This document shows, in pieces, positions 1 through 14,220 of a DNA stretch of 64,000 nt. The stretch is from the human T2T-CHM13v2.0 reference genome, Homo sapiens. The number at the start of each line of letters is the position of its first letter. Within the stretch, counting starts at the first letter, position 1. Below the pieces are notes generated by a model. It saw only the letters and a list, made by a program, of their open reading frames with translations, did not search any database and was not told the DNA's origin. The stretch lies in assembly GCF_009914755.1 (NCBI RefSeq), contig NC_060926.1. One strand, given 5' to 3'. Both the position numbers and the translations under genes were made by a program.

Positions 1-867
1 TGCAAGGTGGGTTCAGAAACTAAGAGGCAAGAAGTGACTTGGATCCTGGGGGTGTTGTCAGGTACTGGACCGTGGCAGGCTCCCCACTGGCTTCCTGCTG
101 CCCCCTTGTTCCTGCCCCAATCTGTTTACCTTGCAGCAGCCACGGTGATTCACGTGCTGCTCTTAAAACTCTGTGATAGCATCTCGCTGCAGTGAGAATT
201 AAATGTAAACACCTTTCCGTGGGCTCCAAGACCATACCTGACACGCTCCATCTCTCCAAAGTCACAGTGTATGGTTCCTGCCCTGGTCAGGTTTGCTCCA
301 GCCACAAGAGTCGGAGTTGTCCCTGCCCCAGGGCATTGGCTCTGCTTTCTATTCACAGGATGAGCTTCTTCCCATCCTTCAAGGCTCAGTTTAAATTTGC
401 CTTCCTTGGGAGGATTTTTCTGGCATTTTCTCTAAAACAGCTGCTTCCTTCCCTCACCCCCATTGCCATGTTGTTGTTTTTCTTGATAGCCCCATAACTA
501 TCTGGGATGATCTTGGATAGTTTTCTTTGATGTGTCCACTGTGTGGCACCTCCTCTGGAATTTAAGCCACTGGGCATCTTCCCTGCTCTGCCTCTGGTGC
601 TGAACACACAGTGAGTACTCAAGAAGTCACAGGAATTTGTGACATCAGAACTCCCCAGATTTGTCATGGAGTTTAGATTATTTTCCTTTGTGGAAAGGAG
701 AAGAAAATCATTTAAACTCATTCACATATCAGAACTGCTCAAGCAGGAAGCTAGGGCTGGAGAATAGTCTGTACTGCAGAGAGCACTCGTTGCTCAATTA
801 CTTATTTCTGGAATTATTAAAAAATTATGGAGCAGTCTTTTAGGAAAATGACACTTAGAAATATGGA

Positions 868-1517
868 CAGTTGATTCTTCTTACTTGTAGTAGTTATGTT
901 GTATAAAATCACCACGAACACTGAATTAGCAAACACAGAATCATTGCTCCTAGGGGAAATAGAAGGTTTGGTTCCTGTGAGCCTTGGGTCACAACATTTT
1001 CATCAACCCATCAATACTAACCTTGTTTTTGTGAGTTCCTGCTTAAAGATGCTTAAATTAATATATATTGTTGATTCATTAACATTGAACTCACGACCAA
1101 CAGCACTGTGACTCCTGCCTGAACAAAGCTTACCTTACTCACATATTTTCCATGTCAGCTGCATCACAGCCTTGTGCTTTGGAACACTAGTGGGTTCTTC
1201 CACACCAGGCTTGGGGGCCATCATAAACATAAAGCTACTAACAAAAAGCACAAAAATGCAAAAAAAGCCACGAAATAGACCATAAAAAGCACACTTGTTT
1301 TCAATATGAGAGTTGAAACAAGAAGGAAGAATGTCTCCTTGTTCGGCTCCTGTTGGTAACATGCATGTTGGGTGACTCAAGATTTTTGTCGTTCTGCATT
1401 TGTCCCTAGATGATTGCCAAAGTAAGTGTTACTAGTATTGATTTTGGGGTTACAAATAAATTTTAGTGAGTAGGTGAGTTTGCCAATATGGAATCCACAA
1501 ACAGTGAGGATCAATTG
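868..1517 (+). mobile_element. MER82 (TcMar-Tigger non-autonomous DNA transposon), copy 1
   Basis: Ends cagttgattc.../...gaggatcaattg form terminal inverted repeats; ~650 bp; internal sequence matches the recalled MER82 consensus and the copy at 17565. Confidence 0.8.
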
Positions 1518-1544
1518 TCACTGTAAAGTGTTAGAAGCAATACT

Positions 1545-1636
1545 GGCCTTGGAGTTAGAACACCTACATTCTGGTTCCATTTTCGTCACTAAACTATTGT
1601 ACGACTTTGTTAAGTCACTTTTCCTCTCTGGTCTGC
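1545..1636 (+). mobile_element. MIR fragment
   Basis: ggccttggagttagaa...aagtcacttttcctctctg, a typical MIR 5'/core motif. Confidence 0.55.
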
Positions 1637-1794
1637 AGAAGAAAGGCACGGAACTAGGTGATTGCTAAGATAATTTATTGCTTTCATGGTGGACAATTCT
1701 GTAATTTTTTTCTTATGGGGTAGAGACAATGATTTATAGCATCATAAACTTCAGAAATGCATTGATCACACTCTGAAACTTTATTTTTGTGAAG

Positions 1795-1917
1795 GTTGAG
1801 GTCCTAGATGAGAACAACTTGGTCATGAATTTAGAGTTCAGCATCCGGGAGACAACATGCAGGAAGGATTCTGGAGAAGATCCCGCTACATGTGCCTTCC
1901 AGAGGGACTACTATGTG
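1795..1917 (+). CDS. SPP2: SPP2 internal coding exon (probably exon 3), 123 bp, phase 0-0: VEVLDENNLVMNLEFSIRETTCRKDSGEDPATCAFQRDYYV
   Basis: Acceptor ttatttttgtgaag| and donor |gtaagt. Translation matches the cystatin-like domain of spp24 as recalled, including the ETTC...C motif. Confidence 0.96.
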
Positions 1918-3327
1918 GTAAGTGGGAGGAGACCCATCCCAGAAATGAACAAAAGGAAGAGCCTCACTTCTTCCATGACCTGGAGTCACACAAAGAACTT
2001 GGTCGCTGCCTGGCTAGCATCTGGCCACACTGCTAACATGTGGACATTGTGTCCCCTGGTGGGGGAAGTGTTACTCCGTGGCTGAACATTGAGCTGTGGA
2101 GTCTGAGATCCTGAGTGATCCTGACAAATTACTTTATCCCTGGTGCCTCAGTTTCCTGCTTTTTAACATGAGGATGAATTTGTATCAGGTAAAGTGAATA
2201 CAACACCAGAGACAAATCCCAGACACACTTAAAATTCTCTTACAAAGGATTATGAAACACTGACTCTTCCTGGCACATGTCACGTTCTTTTGCCATTGAC
2301 TGTTGAATGACATCTGTCTTCCCCACTAGTTCAGGCTCAGTGAGATCAGGAACATGGCATGTTCGCTTTCGTGTCTCTCATGACCAGAACATGTACAGCA
2401 CTGTTCCGTGGTAAGCAGGACCATGAAAACCTAACCCCAAAGGCCAAGGGAGCTGAGAGGCTGAAGAAAGAGGCTCCCAAATCCAGTTTCTCGGAAAAAC
2501 AAACAAACAAACAAACAAACAAAAAACACTTCATAGGGACTTACAAACAGAATGCATGTCTTGGGTGGAGGTGAGACAGTGGATCCCTGTGCCATTACCT
2601 CCCAGATCCAGGGCTTACATACTGTAGGGAATTTGACCCAAGGCCAGGATTTATGGTATGCACATGAAAGTGGAAATCTTAGAGGGATTCCCAGAAACGG
2701 GTTAATCAGAAGTCATCATGGCAGATTGGCATCCAAGGTGGAATAGCTTTAGTCTCCACAGACACTTAGTCAACACCCATGGGCAATAATCCCATCTGAA
2801 AAGGGCAACACCAGCAGTCCAAAATTTGTTTTCCAAAGTGTTTGCATTCTGAGGTTCAAGCTCGTGGGTTTTGTTACTTAAAAGAGGATGTTTGATTTGT
2901 TATTTGTTTCATGAAACTACTCACTGTGACTCTGTTTTACAAAGGACTCATACCAAAGTGTCACAAGCTTCTATTTCTAATGAAATCTGAGGGCAAAGAA
3001 GAAGAGAGTGAAGTCCTGTGGGGTTCTTCGTCATTTCTTTTTGTCCGAATGAAAATTGACTCAGGGCAGCCCAGTTAGCACTCATGGGGGAAATGTTTGC
3101 GTTTCCTAGAGACTTGTAATGGGTCAAACAGCAAAGAGATGTTTAAATATTCCATTTGTTTCTGCTTCGGTCTTGAGGAATTTTCATTTTGAAAAAATAA
3201 AATGCCTCTGTGAAGTTTTTCTTTGTCATTTCGTCAAACCTGACATTTATTTTCCTGATTTACTCAATGGAGGCTATCCCTTTCCACAAACAGCTGAAGA
3301 GAGAACTCACCCCTTTGTCTTTTCCAG

Positions 3328-3438
3328 TCCACAGCTGTTTGCAGAAGCACCGTGAAGGTATCTGCCCAGCAGGTGCAGGGCGTGCATGCTCGCTGCAGCT
3401 GGTCCTCCTCCACGTCTGAGTCTTACAGCAGCGAAGAG
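3328..3438 (+). CDS. SPP2: SPP2 coding exon (probably exon 4), 111 bp, phase 0-0: STAVCRSTVKVSAQQVQGVHARCSWSSSTSESYSSEE
   Basis: Acceptor ctttgtcttttccag| and donor |gtatga. Encodes the second Cys pair and the Ser-rich phosphorylation cluster; in frame with the previous exon. Confidence 0.96.
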
Positions 3439-3650
3439 GTATGACTGGGGCCTTGTCTCCTCCCAGACCGCACCTCTTAGGGTCTGTGTGGGTTTGTGAA
3501 AAACAGAGTGGTTTGCTGGGTAGCTGGATCATCACCTGGGCTTGGGGATGCCGAACTCTGCTGACACAGTGGGATTCTCTCTTGGACACCTACAGCCTCA
3601 TTGTCCACATCCCCTACTTCTCCCAGCTTATTCTTTCACTCGTGTATGTC

Positions 3651-3752
3651 CTCTCTCTTTCTCTCTCTCTCTCTCACACACACACACATATGCACACACA
3701 CACACGCACACACACACACATGCACACACGCACACATACACACGCACACACA
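3651..3752. repeat. Compound microsatellite (TC)n(CA)n, imperfect
   Basis: Read directly from the sequence. Confidence 0.95.
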
Positions 3753-3839
3753 CTTGATTTCCCTGGGATTGGGAAATGGCCTTCAAGTAAAATTAACAAA
3801 CCTTTAAAGTTTCAGATCTAAGTATGTGGCTCGCTGGCA

Positions 3840-4070
3840 CTGTGGTTTAGTGCAATCAAGAAGGACATTTTTGTTGGACCAGTGTTCAAAACTATTTCTC
3901 AGCTCTGTAGTCCAGGTCAGGATACTTGACTTTCATTTAACCCTCATGATCCATGGCTTCTTCATCTGTTAAATGCTAGCAGTCATAAAGACCACCTTAT
4001 AGGTTGTTGAGAAAATCCAGTAAGCTGATGGACATGAAGGATCTGGCTTGGCACTGGGATACTCAATGGA
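3840..4070 (+). mobile_element. MIR (degenerate)
   Basis: ttcttcatctgttaaatg...accttataggttgttgagaaaat, the MIR core. Confidence 0.55.
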
Positions 4071-4769
4071 TGGCAGGACCCTTATTTTTCCTCAATTGCA
4101 TTGAAAGTTTGATTTGCAATAATACTGTAATATTAATAATATATACATTTTTTCCTTGAAATTATATTATATAAGTGTCCAATTATTGGCTGCTTTCCAT
4201 ACTAGACTGTATGTCTCATGAGGGCAGGGAATGTTTGTTTTTGTCAGTCTAGGACAATGTGTGATGCATCACAATGTTTGACATAGCTCACTAAATACTT
4301 GTTGTATAAATGCAAGAAAACTGGGGAAGAAATGGACAAGAATATGATAAGAAGAGGCCATCTCTTCACTTTAAACTAGGGATAAAAACATGACATATTA
4401 TTTGTTCATGTGTAATAGGATAATATTATTGACAGATATTTTTAAATATTTCCAACATTATATGGATGATTCTAACATAATCTTTCTTTCCTTTTTATAT
4501 TTTTGTTCAGTTTTTCAAGATTTAACTCTGTAGTGAAAATTACATTAAAATATTATAAAATTTCTACTTCAAGAATTACACATAAAAGTTAATTTTCCCA
4601 TATAATTAATATACTCCTGCCTTAACTATTTCTTCTGGAGGTACATTTTAGAATTAGAAAGTAATGAAACTAATGACTGAGACACTCCTATTGCAGAGGA
4701 TGGCCTTATTGGTACAAAGAGAACTTAACACAGTTTATTAGGACTTTCTCCACAAAAAGTTCAGTTGAG

Positions 4770-4840
4770 CACGGCCTTATTGATTGATCCCGTCACACTG
4801 GCAACTTTCGAAGGTCAACCCCCAGGTGACCTCTGAACTT
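4770..4840 (-). promoter_or_regulatory. Candidate hepatocyte enhancer motifs: DR1 (AGTTCAgAGGTCA, minus strand 4827-4839) and ONECUT site (AATCAATA, minus strand 4778-4785)
   Basis: Motif matches are seen directly; function is inferred from the liver expression of SPP2. Confidence 0.4.
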
Positions 4841-7039
4841 GTCCTGGAGCCATAGTTGAAGAATCTTCTTTTCTCAGGGCTGGGGCGAGTACCATGGGCC
4901 TCCTTTCTTAGACCCTATTGAAATATTTAGGAAGTCAAATACATTCTGCTGTAACACACTCATACACTGTGGCCCCGCTAACCAGAAATGACAAGGACCA
5001 AGCTTATCACTTCACAAGTCTTTTGTTAATCTTGATTTGTGGTTCATATGAGAAAAAAGACAGTGGGGAGGAAGACAAGCACAGTGCTAGCCTTTGTGGA
5101 GTTTATAGACACGTCTTGGGGAAAGGTGCCCACTAAGCAGGAATTACCCTATCAGGCAGGCACTGGGGGCCACATAGTGAGAGGAATGCATGTCACCTGG
5201 GGAGCAGACAGCTTCCCCCAGGAACTGACCTTCCAGCCAAGAACTGGAAGGCGGGTAGAAGTCAGAACAAACAGGGCAGAGTGTGGAGGGGGAAGGGTAT
5301 TTCAAGCATAGGGGAAATCAGGTGGGGTACCCTGAATTGCCAGGAAAGCTGGTGGGTTGAAATGGACAGAACTCCATTACAACAGGAATGAGAAAAACAT
5401 GGGGAGAGAGGCACAAGGTGGAGCTGGAGGAACATTAGCAGTCAAGATGGACTTTGAGGGTCTTGTCGAGGTTGCCTGGCTCTATCCTAAAGACAAAGGG
5501 GCTATGAAAGAGTTTTAAGTGTGTGTGTGTTGGGAGCAGAGGAGGGTAACAGAATCAGATGACGAATAGATTGGAACTAGGTAAGAATAAATATGGAGTA
5601 AATATGAAATAAATAAGAGGTGAGAGAGAATGCTAACTGGGTCTAGGGCTTAGTAGTGAATGTTGAAAGAAATGGATTCTGGTTCATTTTATGACCTTTA
5701 ACACAAAATGAATTTAGTAAATGGCCAGCTAAGTTAACGCCTCTTCCACCCTGATTTGGAAAGTGGGTTCTGATTGTTTGCAAAGCCTACAAATCTGTTG
5801 CAGCTTTCTAATTGCATAGTGAAGACCACTCTCTTTTCTTCCAATTCCAAGTTTTCTAAGAAGACTCAGATATTAAGTTAGCCCTTGTAAAAAACTAGAT
5901 CTTAAAATAAACTCTCTGATTGCTTCTTCTTAAAGGTTAGGTGATCATAAACATTTTTGAGCAAATTTATTTTTAAAAATTCTCAAATTAAAAAATTCTA
6001 CAATTTGAAAGACAAGAAGAAAGCAGATAGAGACTTAAGTAATTCCTGGAAACTCTGAAATGAATTTCTTGCATGAAACAGAGAAGAAATGAGAGAACAG
6101 CTGGTAATCATTCTCAGTGAAAAAAAATGGCAATATTATAAATATGAAAGACATTAGATTAGGATACATTTAGTCATAGAACAAATAAATTATTGTTGGA
6201 AGGAAGAAATAGAAGAAATAAAACTGAAAAAAACTCCCAGAGTAATAAAAATAAAGATCACTTGAAAAACATATAGAGAATGTAGAAGACTTTCCAGAGT
6301 AAGGAATATAAGGTAAAGAAAAATGGAAGCCATGGCAAATAAGCCCCAAAATCCAAATTATGACTAATAAGGACTTAGAGTAAGTCTGGTAAGGACATAA
6401 TGAAAGCCCTGAATATAAAATATTTGGACTTTCCATGACATAATTTTTTAAAGTATAGTAACAATAAAAAATTGAGAAAATAAATTTCTAAATTTGCAAA
6501 TATTCTCCTATAGTTAACTAAATAGATAGGTGAATTATCGGTAGTTTTTATTATTTCTTTTTCAATCCCGAAATTGAAATGTGTAGAGGATAAAAGCTTT
6601 CCTTATGGTGCATAAGCACTCACTCAACCTCGTACTGGTGCAGGCCCCATCAGGAGTACGATGCTGAAATGGTACAATGTATTACAGTTGTAGGTTGGAG
6701 CTCTCTTTCTCTTTCTTCAGTTTCTAATGAGTGAGCTTGACTTTAGACAAATCCTTCTGATTTGGAGCGGATAGGATGAAGTCAGCTAGGGTTTCCGACA
6801 CGAGACCCAAAATAAGAGAGAGAAACTGAAGAAGAATGATGACAGGAATTCTGAGCTTACGGGAGGGGTGACGGGCATTTAATTTATTTACTGCCTTTCA
6901 TTTCAAAAGATAGATATTCAACTAGAAGTAGTCTAAGCCAAAAAGAGGTAATTCCCTGGATCACATTCCCAGAAAGGAAGGAGAGAAGTTGGCTTCAGGG
7001 ACAACTCGACTTAGAGTCCTTCAGTCCTGTATGTGCCAC

Positions 7040-7222
7040 ATTCTTCTCCTTCCCCTTCTCTCCTGGCCTCCCCTCCCCTCTGCCCCTCCCTCTTCCTTCT
7101 CCCCCTCATTCCCTTTTCTCTCTCTCTCTTCCTCCCTTTCCTCCTCCCTCTCCCTCTCCTTCTCCTTCCTTCTCTGAGCCTCCTCCATCTTCTCCTCCTT
7201 CCTCTGTCTCTCTCTCTCTCTG
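7040..7222. repeat. Polypyrimidine/polypurine low-complexity tract
   Basis: ~180 bp almost entirely C/T on the + strand. Confidence 0.9.
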
Positions 7223-7514
7223 TCACTGTGCCTTCTGCACTCCACGTCCACCCTTGCTGCAGAGAGGCTTTCCCCTTGCAGCAGGAAGTAAAGCCTCAAG
7301 CTACTCCAGACTTATGTCCTCTGTACTTAGGAGGGAAAAGAGGCATTTCTCTCTGCTGCCAGTTAGAGAAACCTCTTGGTATTCCCTCTATTGGCCTGGC
7401 TTAGGTGTCCCCTCTTTTTGTTCTTTTATACATATAACTTTATTATTAATTTATTTTAAATTTTATATATTTACTTGTGTACAATGTGATGTTTTGATAC
7501 CCCCCTTTAAAAAT

Positions 7515-8935
7515 ACATTTTGGTGGAGATATAATTTACATACCATAGAATTCACCCTTTTAATATGTACAGTTCAGTGGTTTCTAGCATATTCACAACT
7601 GCCACCACCATTTAAATCCAGAACACTTTTATCACGCGGGAGAGAGACCCCAGTAACAGTTGTTCTCTATTCCTCATTCCTCCTAACACTTGGCAACCAC
7701 TAATCTACTTTGTGTGTCTATGGATTTGTCCATTCTGATCATTTCATACAAATGGAATCGTACAGCCTGTATTCTTTTGTGACTGACTTGTTTCACTTAG
7801 CATAATGTTCTGGAGGTTTATCCATGTTGTAGCATGCATCAATGCTTCATTCCTTTGTATTGTTCCGTTTTACAGAGCCACATTTGATTGATCCATTCAT
7901 TCATTGATCGACATTTTGCTTATTTCTCCCTTTTTGGCTATCATAGATAATGAGGCTAGAAGCATTCATGTGAAAGTTTTTGTGTACACATGTATTTAAT
8001 TCTCTTGGAAACAGAATTCCTGGATCATATAGTAACTCTATGTTTAATGACCGTATAGTGACTTTATGTTTAACTTTTTGAGGAACTGCCACATTATTTC
8101 CATAGCAGCTGTACCATTTTACATTCCCACCAGTAATGTATGAGGATTTCAGTTTCTATACATTTTTGTCAGTTCTTGTTGGTGCCTGTCTTTTTTATTT
8201 TAGCCATTCTAGTGAGTGTGACGTGGTATCTCATTGTAGTTTTTTTTGTTGTTGTTGACAGAGTCTCACTCTGTCACTCAGTCTGGAGTGCGGTGGCACA
8301 ATCTCGGCTCACTATAACCTCTGTCTCCTGGGTTCAAGCAATTGTAGTGCCTCAGCCTCCCAAGAAGCTGGGACTACACGTGCGTGCCACCATGCATGGC
8401 TAATTTTTGTATTTTTAGTAGAGACGGGGTTTTGCCATGTTGGCCTGCCTGGTCTCCAACTCCTGGCCTCAGCTAGTCTGCCTGCCTTGCCTCCCAAAGT
8501 GCTGGGATTACAGGCATGAACCACTGTGCCTAGCTCTCATTGTGGTTTTAATTTACATTTTTCTAACGACTAATGATTGGCCATTATACATCTTCTTTGA
8601 AGAAATGTCTATTCAAATCCTTGCCTATGATTTAATTGCACTATTTGTCTTTTTATTTAGTTGTTTTGAAATATTTTCTCCCCCTCTATGGGTTGTCTTT
8701 TACTTTCTTGATGGTGCCCTTTGAAGAGCAAAATTAAATTTTGATGAACTCCAGTTTATCTATTTTTTGTTTTGTTGTTTCTGTAGTCTTACATTAGGTC
8801 TATGATCCATGTTGACTTGATTTTTGCATATGTTGTGAGGAAGGGGTTTGACTTCATTCTTTTGCATGTGCATATCTGGTAGTATCAGCACTATCTGTTG
8901 AAAAGAATGTTCTTTCTCTCTTAAATTGTCTTGGT
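7515..8935 (-). mobile_element. Old L1 (L1MB-like) 3' portion, interrupted by an Alu
   Basis: L1MB-type 3' end (gatataatttacataccatagaattcaccc) and degenerate ORF2-end/3'UTR motifs. Confidence 0.75.
8240..8534 (-). mobile_element. Alu (J-like), inserted into the L1
   Basis: Dimeric Alu; TSD tctcattgt(a/g)gtttt on both sides. Confidence 0.9.
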
Positions 8936-9489
8936 ATGTGTCCCTTCCCAGTCCAACTACTGTGATGGAGGCCAAGAAATTACCTGACTGTTCAGGACAG
9001 GGAGGACAGCCTACCAAGACTCTTGGTAGAAAGACTGCGAGCCAAGCAACCACTTTACTTTGTGATGATTGCATGGACTTTTAGTGGTTTCATGAAAACT
9101 TCTTGTGGACACCTTTTCCTACTGAACATATTACAGTGACTTTATAGAGAGAAACCTCTAAAATTCGATCTAAACTTAGTCTGTGTGCAAGTCTGTGTAA
9201 CAGGGTTTTGCTTTTCTGGAAGCCGGCAATGTTTGGGAGTACATTCTCAGTCTAGGGGAAAGATCTGTGGGTAATTTAAACTTCACGTAGTTTGCTCTTC
9301 CCCATGTGCTTTTTTAGACTTATATGTTTGATATATATAAAGTTATTTAATATAACGTATTGCCTATTTCATTAAAAATGGATTATATAACATATATCAG
9401 AGTCTTCCAGATGACATTTACATTTTTCAGTGTCTTTCCTTTTTCTTTCTTTCATGTGCTGACACATCCTGATGCCTGAATTTCTTTAG

Positions 9490-9544
9490 ATGATTTTTGG
9501 GGACATGTTGGGATCTCATAAATGGAGAAACAATTATCTATTTG
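9490..9544 (+). CDS. SPP2: SPP2 coding exon (probably exon 5), 55 bp: MIFGDMLGSHKWRNNYLF(G)
   Basis: Acceptor tttctttag| and donor |gtaagt; phase 0-1; continues the spp24 sequence. Confidence 0.95.
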
Positions 9545-10180
9545 GTAAGTTAAGATCTGTTCTTTTTAACTTTTTTTCTTAAAATAACTCCATATTGCAA
9601 CTCTTTGTTAGTGAGTCATTTAAAACTAGAAATACATATGTATGTAATCTTGCAACAATTACAGCCATAGAAAATTAACATTTTGTTTTGCTTTTGCTTA
9701 TTTTTTATCACTAGGTAATAATGATACAACTATTCACTTAGATATTCCTTTGTATTCACAACAAAGCTTTTCCATACATAATTCCATTTGATGGCCCCAA
9801 CATCTCTGCCAAGTAAGCGGAGCCAGTGTTGGTTTTCCCCTTAAGAATGTCTAGCTGGGAGGATCAGGAGTAAACAGTCTGAATTCTATCGTCTTTCAGC
9901 CATACAACTAGATCTGATCATCTCTTTGAATGTCTTAGTTCAGGGAGGAAGGGCTCTCCTTCTTTCTTTTCTTGTGTGGCTTTTAATACAAAGTGGGTTG
10001 GGTTAGTGTTCTATGATTTAGGAGGCATTTTTCCTATTAGTGCTGACGGCAATAAAACTCAATGGTGATCTCTCACTGCTTCTTTGCTTAAGAAGCATAT
10101 TTGTGGCATTAACAGTAAAGTCATAGAACATTCTGGAACAGTGAGAGGAGTCTTGTCTTATGATTATTACTGTGTTACAG

Positions 10181-10231
10181 GTCTCATTTCAGACGAGTCC
10201 ATAAGTGAACAATTTTATGATCGGTCACTTG
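10181..10231 (+). CDS. SPP2: SPP2 coding exon (probably exon 6), 51 bp: (G)LISDESISEQFYDRSL(G)
   Basis: Acceptor tgtgttacag| and donor |gtaagt; phase 1-1. Confidence 0.95.
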
Positions 10232-10452
10232 GTAAGTGATTTCTTTCCTGCTGTGCCACCAGACCCTTTTCTGATCAATCTGGACTCCTGAGAAATCCTA
10301 TTTCATAGCTGTTTCCTGTTTCATAGGAGTTAAATCTCTGAAATACAAAATATTTTAAGTAAAAAAGGAAAAGAATAGTAATGTATAAACTTGCTTTGCA
10401 AATCATTAAAAAGGTAGCCTTGAGGCACTAACTGACTTAAAAGTTACCAAGA

Positions 10453-10786
<334 letters not shown>

Positions 10787-11179
10787 TCAGGAAATAAGCA
10801 TTCACCATTTTTTTTTTCTGACACTCTCTGGAGCATTTAAAAAGTAGCATGAACTCTAATATAATCTTGTTTTTTTAAACTAAAAAATTTAATTTTTATG
10901 GGTACATAGGAGGTATATACATTTATGGGGTACATGAGATATTTTGATACAGGCATACAATGTGTCTAATGATCTTCTTTTTGCCATACTCAACCAAATT
11001 TCTCACCAAATGGATGAAACAAAGTTATTTTGTCCCTCTCCTGTACAGATCAGTTTTCTCATTTGGTCCTCATGATAGCCCTGTCAACCACGTGTGTTAC
11101 CTGCTTATATAGACGAATAAAGCAGTAAGAACTCATGGCATTAAATGGCATATGCAAATTGTCTACCCTGTACTAATTG

Positions 11180-11370
11180 CCTAACACAATTTTCTTCTTC
11201 AGTGTCACAAACATTCTGTGAGGTAGCACTATGTTCTTTCCCATTTTGTAGGTGAGCTAACTGAGGCTTAGTGAGTTCCTGTAATTTGCTTGTGGCTACA
11301 TTGCCAATGTAGGACTTTAATCAGATTTGTCAGAATCTAAAACCTGTGCCTGTTTCATGCTGCCTCCCAG
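11180..11370 (-). mobile_element. MIR
   Basis: cccattttgtaggtgagctaactgaggcttagtgag, the MIR core. Confidence 0.65.
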
Positions 11371-11772
11371 AAGAACTGCGAAATCCACCTGATGTTCAGC
11401 ATTCCCCATTAAAATGAATAACAGAGATATTAACATTTCAATGAGCTCAAAGTCTGACCTTCATTAGGCAAACTCCAGTTTATTTGAAGTGCTAGAGCTT
11501 ATAACCTGATGCTTGATTTTTTTTTAATGCCTGTTTTATATCTCATCCAAGTTGTCACTTTGGGAGAATATACAGTTATTATGACAGCATGACCACTGCT
11601 GAAACGTTTTTATGAGCTTTTCTTTTAGAATTGCCTTCAGAATCCATGGCTTTTTTTTTTTTTTTTTAAATCTCCGTACTGGTGGCAAACATTTGCCCTT
11701 GGATTTGATGTTGGGAATATTCAAAAGATATTTGGAGACAAATCTGATTAATCAGATTAATAATCAACTTGG

Positions 11773-12133
11773 GTGTGTTGGTTATCTATTGCTATATATC
11801 AAATTACCCCAAAATGTGGCAGCTTAAAACCACACACATTTATTATCTCACAGTTTCTGAGGGTCAAAGACCAAGGAGAAACTTAGCTGGGTGGTTCTGG
11901 CTCAGAGTCTATCAAAAGGTTTCAGATAAGACGTTGACTGGGCTGTGATCTCATCTGAAGCTTGACTGGGGTTGAAGGAGCCACTTCCAAGCCCACTCAC
12001 ATGTTGTTGGGAAGCCTCAGTTCTTTACAGGCTGTTGGACCAAGGGCTTCAGTTTCTTACCATATGACCTTTCCATAAGACTTCTGAATGTCCTCAAATC
12101 ATGACAGCTGGATCCCCCCAGAGATGATTATTT

Positions 12134-12174
<41 letters not shown>

Positions 12175-12349
12175 AGCAAGAGCACTGAAGGCAGAAGACA
12201 CAGTCTTTTATAAACTAATCTTGGAAGTGATATATCATCACTTCTGCATAATCTATTATTAAATACACAGGCCAATCCTGCCCCAATGTGGGAAGGGACT
12301 GCCCAGGAGTGTGAATACCAGGAAGCCATCTTGGAAACTGATTATTGTA
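11773..12349 (-). mobile_element. MaLR LTR (MLT1F/G-like) with internal (GA)n
   Basis: ttatctattgct...aaattaccccaaaa...cttaaaac...catttattatctcacagtttctg, the reverse MLT1 3' end. Confidence 0.75.
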
Positions 12350-12879
12350 TTGGACAAATGCCATTTGGGACTAAAAATATTATATGGCTATAAATTAATG
12401 TGACCAATTCTTTTATATATCTCAGAAGAAATTTCTAAGCCAAAATCTAAAAACACATTGGGCCTGGGGGAGCATCATTGACACAGAAGTGCGGCTGTCT
12501 TGGAGACTGCTTTGAACATGATGATTTAATTTAATTCAATAAATGTGTGTGACAAACACTGGGTAGATCCCTTGGAGGACTGAAAGATAAATGTGGCAGT
12601 TCCTGCCCTCCAGGGCATCCATGGTGGCTGAGACATCACATGTAGTAATAAGGAGTGGGGAGAAATGAGCACTAGACCAAGCTGAAACACAACACGGGGG
12701 AGAAGGAGAGAGAATGGAATAAGGAAGATGAAGTTATCGCACCCTCAGGTATTCTCATGGCAGATGGGTTCAGGTTATGCTTGTCACAATCCTCCTCATT
12801 AATTTGTAGTAACATTGTCCACACTGTCTCAGATCTTGATGTGACTGACAGAGCCTATGCTTCCCTTTTCTATCTTTAG

Positions 12880-12965
12880 GGATCATGAGAAGGGTATTGC
12901 CTCCTGGAAACAGAAGGTACCCAAACCACCGGCACAGAGCAAGAATAAATACTGACTTTGAGTAA
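12880..12965 (+). CDS. SPP2: SPP2 last coding exon (probably exon 7): (G)IMRRVLPPGNRRYPNHRHRARINTDFE*; exon extends to 12975
   Basis: Acceptor cttttctatctttag|, TAA at 12963-12965, donor |gtaaga after 12975. Encodes the basic C-terminal tail of spp24. Confidence 0.96.
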
Positions 12966-13059
12966 CGGCCTTGAGGTAAGAAAATGCAGGTGCACACAAG
13001 TGTATTTAGAAATAGAAGCTACGTGGAGTGAACGCCTTAAAACTGCTGACCTTCAAATA

Positions 13060-14220
<1,161 letters not shown>

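Noticed and set aside
1789-2085. 98-aa ORF as a standalone gene
   Set aside because: Only 1795-1917 is SPP2 exon; the rest is read-through past a canonical gtaagt donor.
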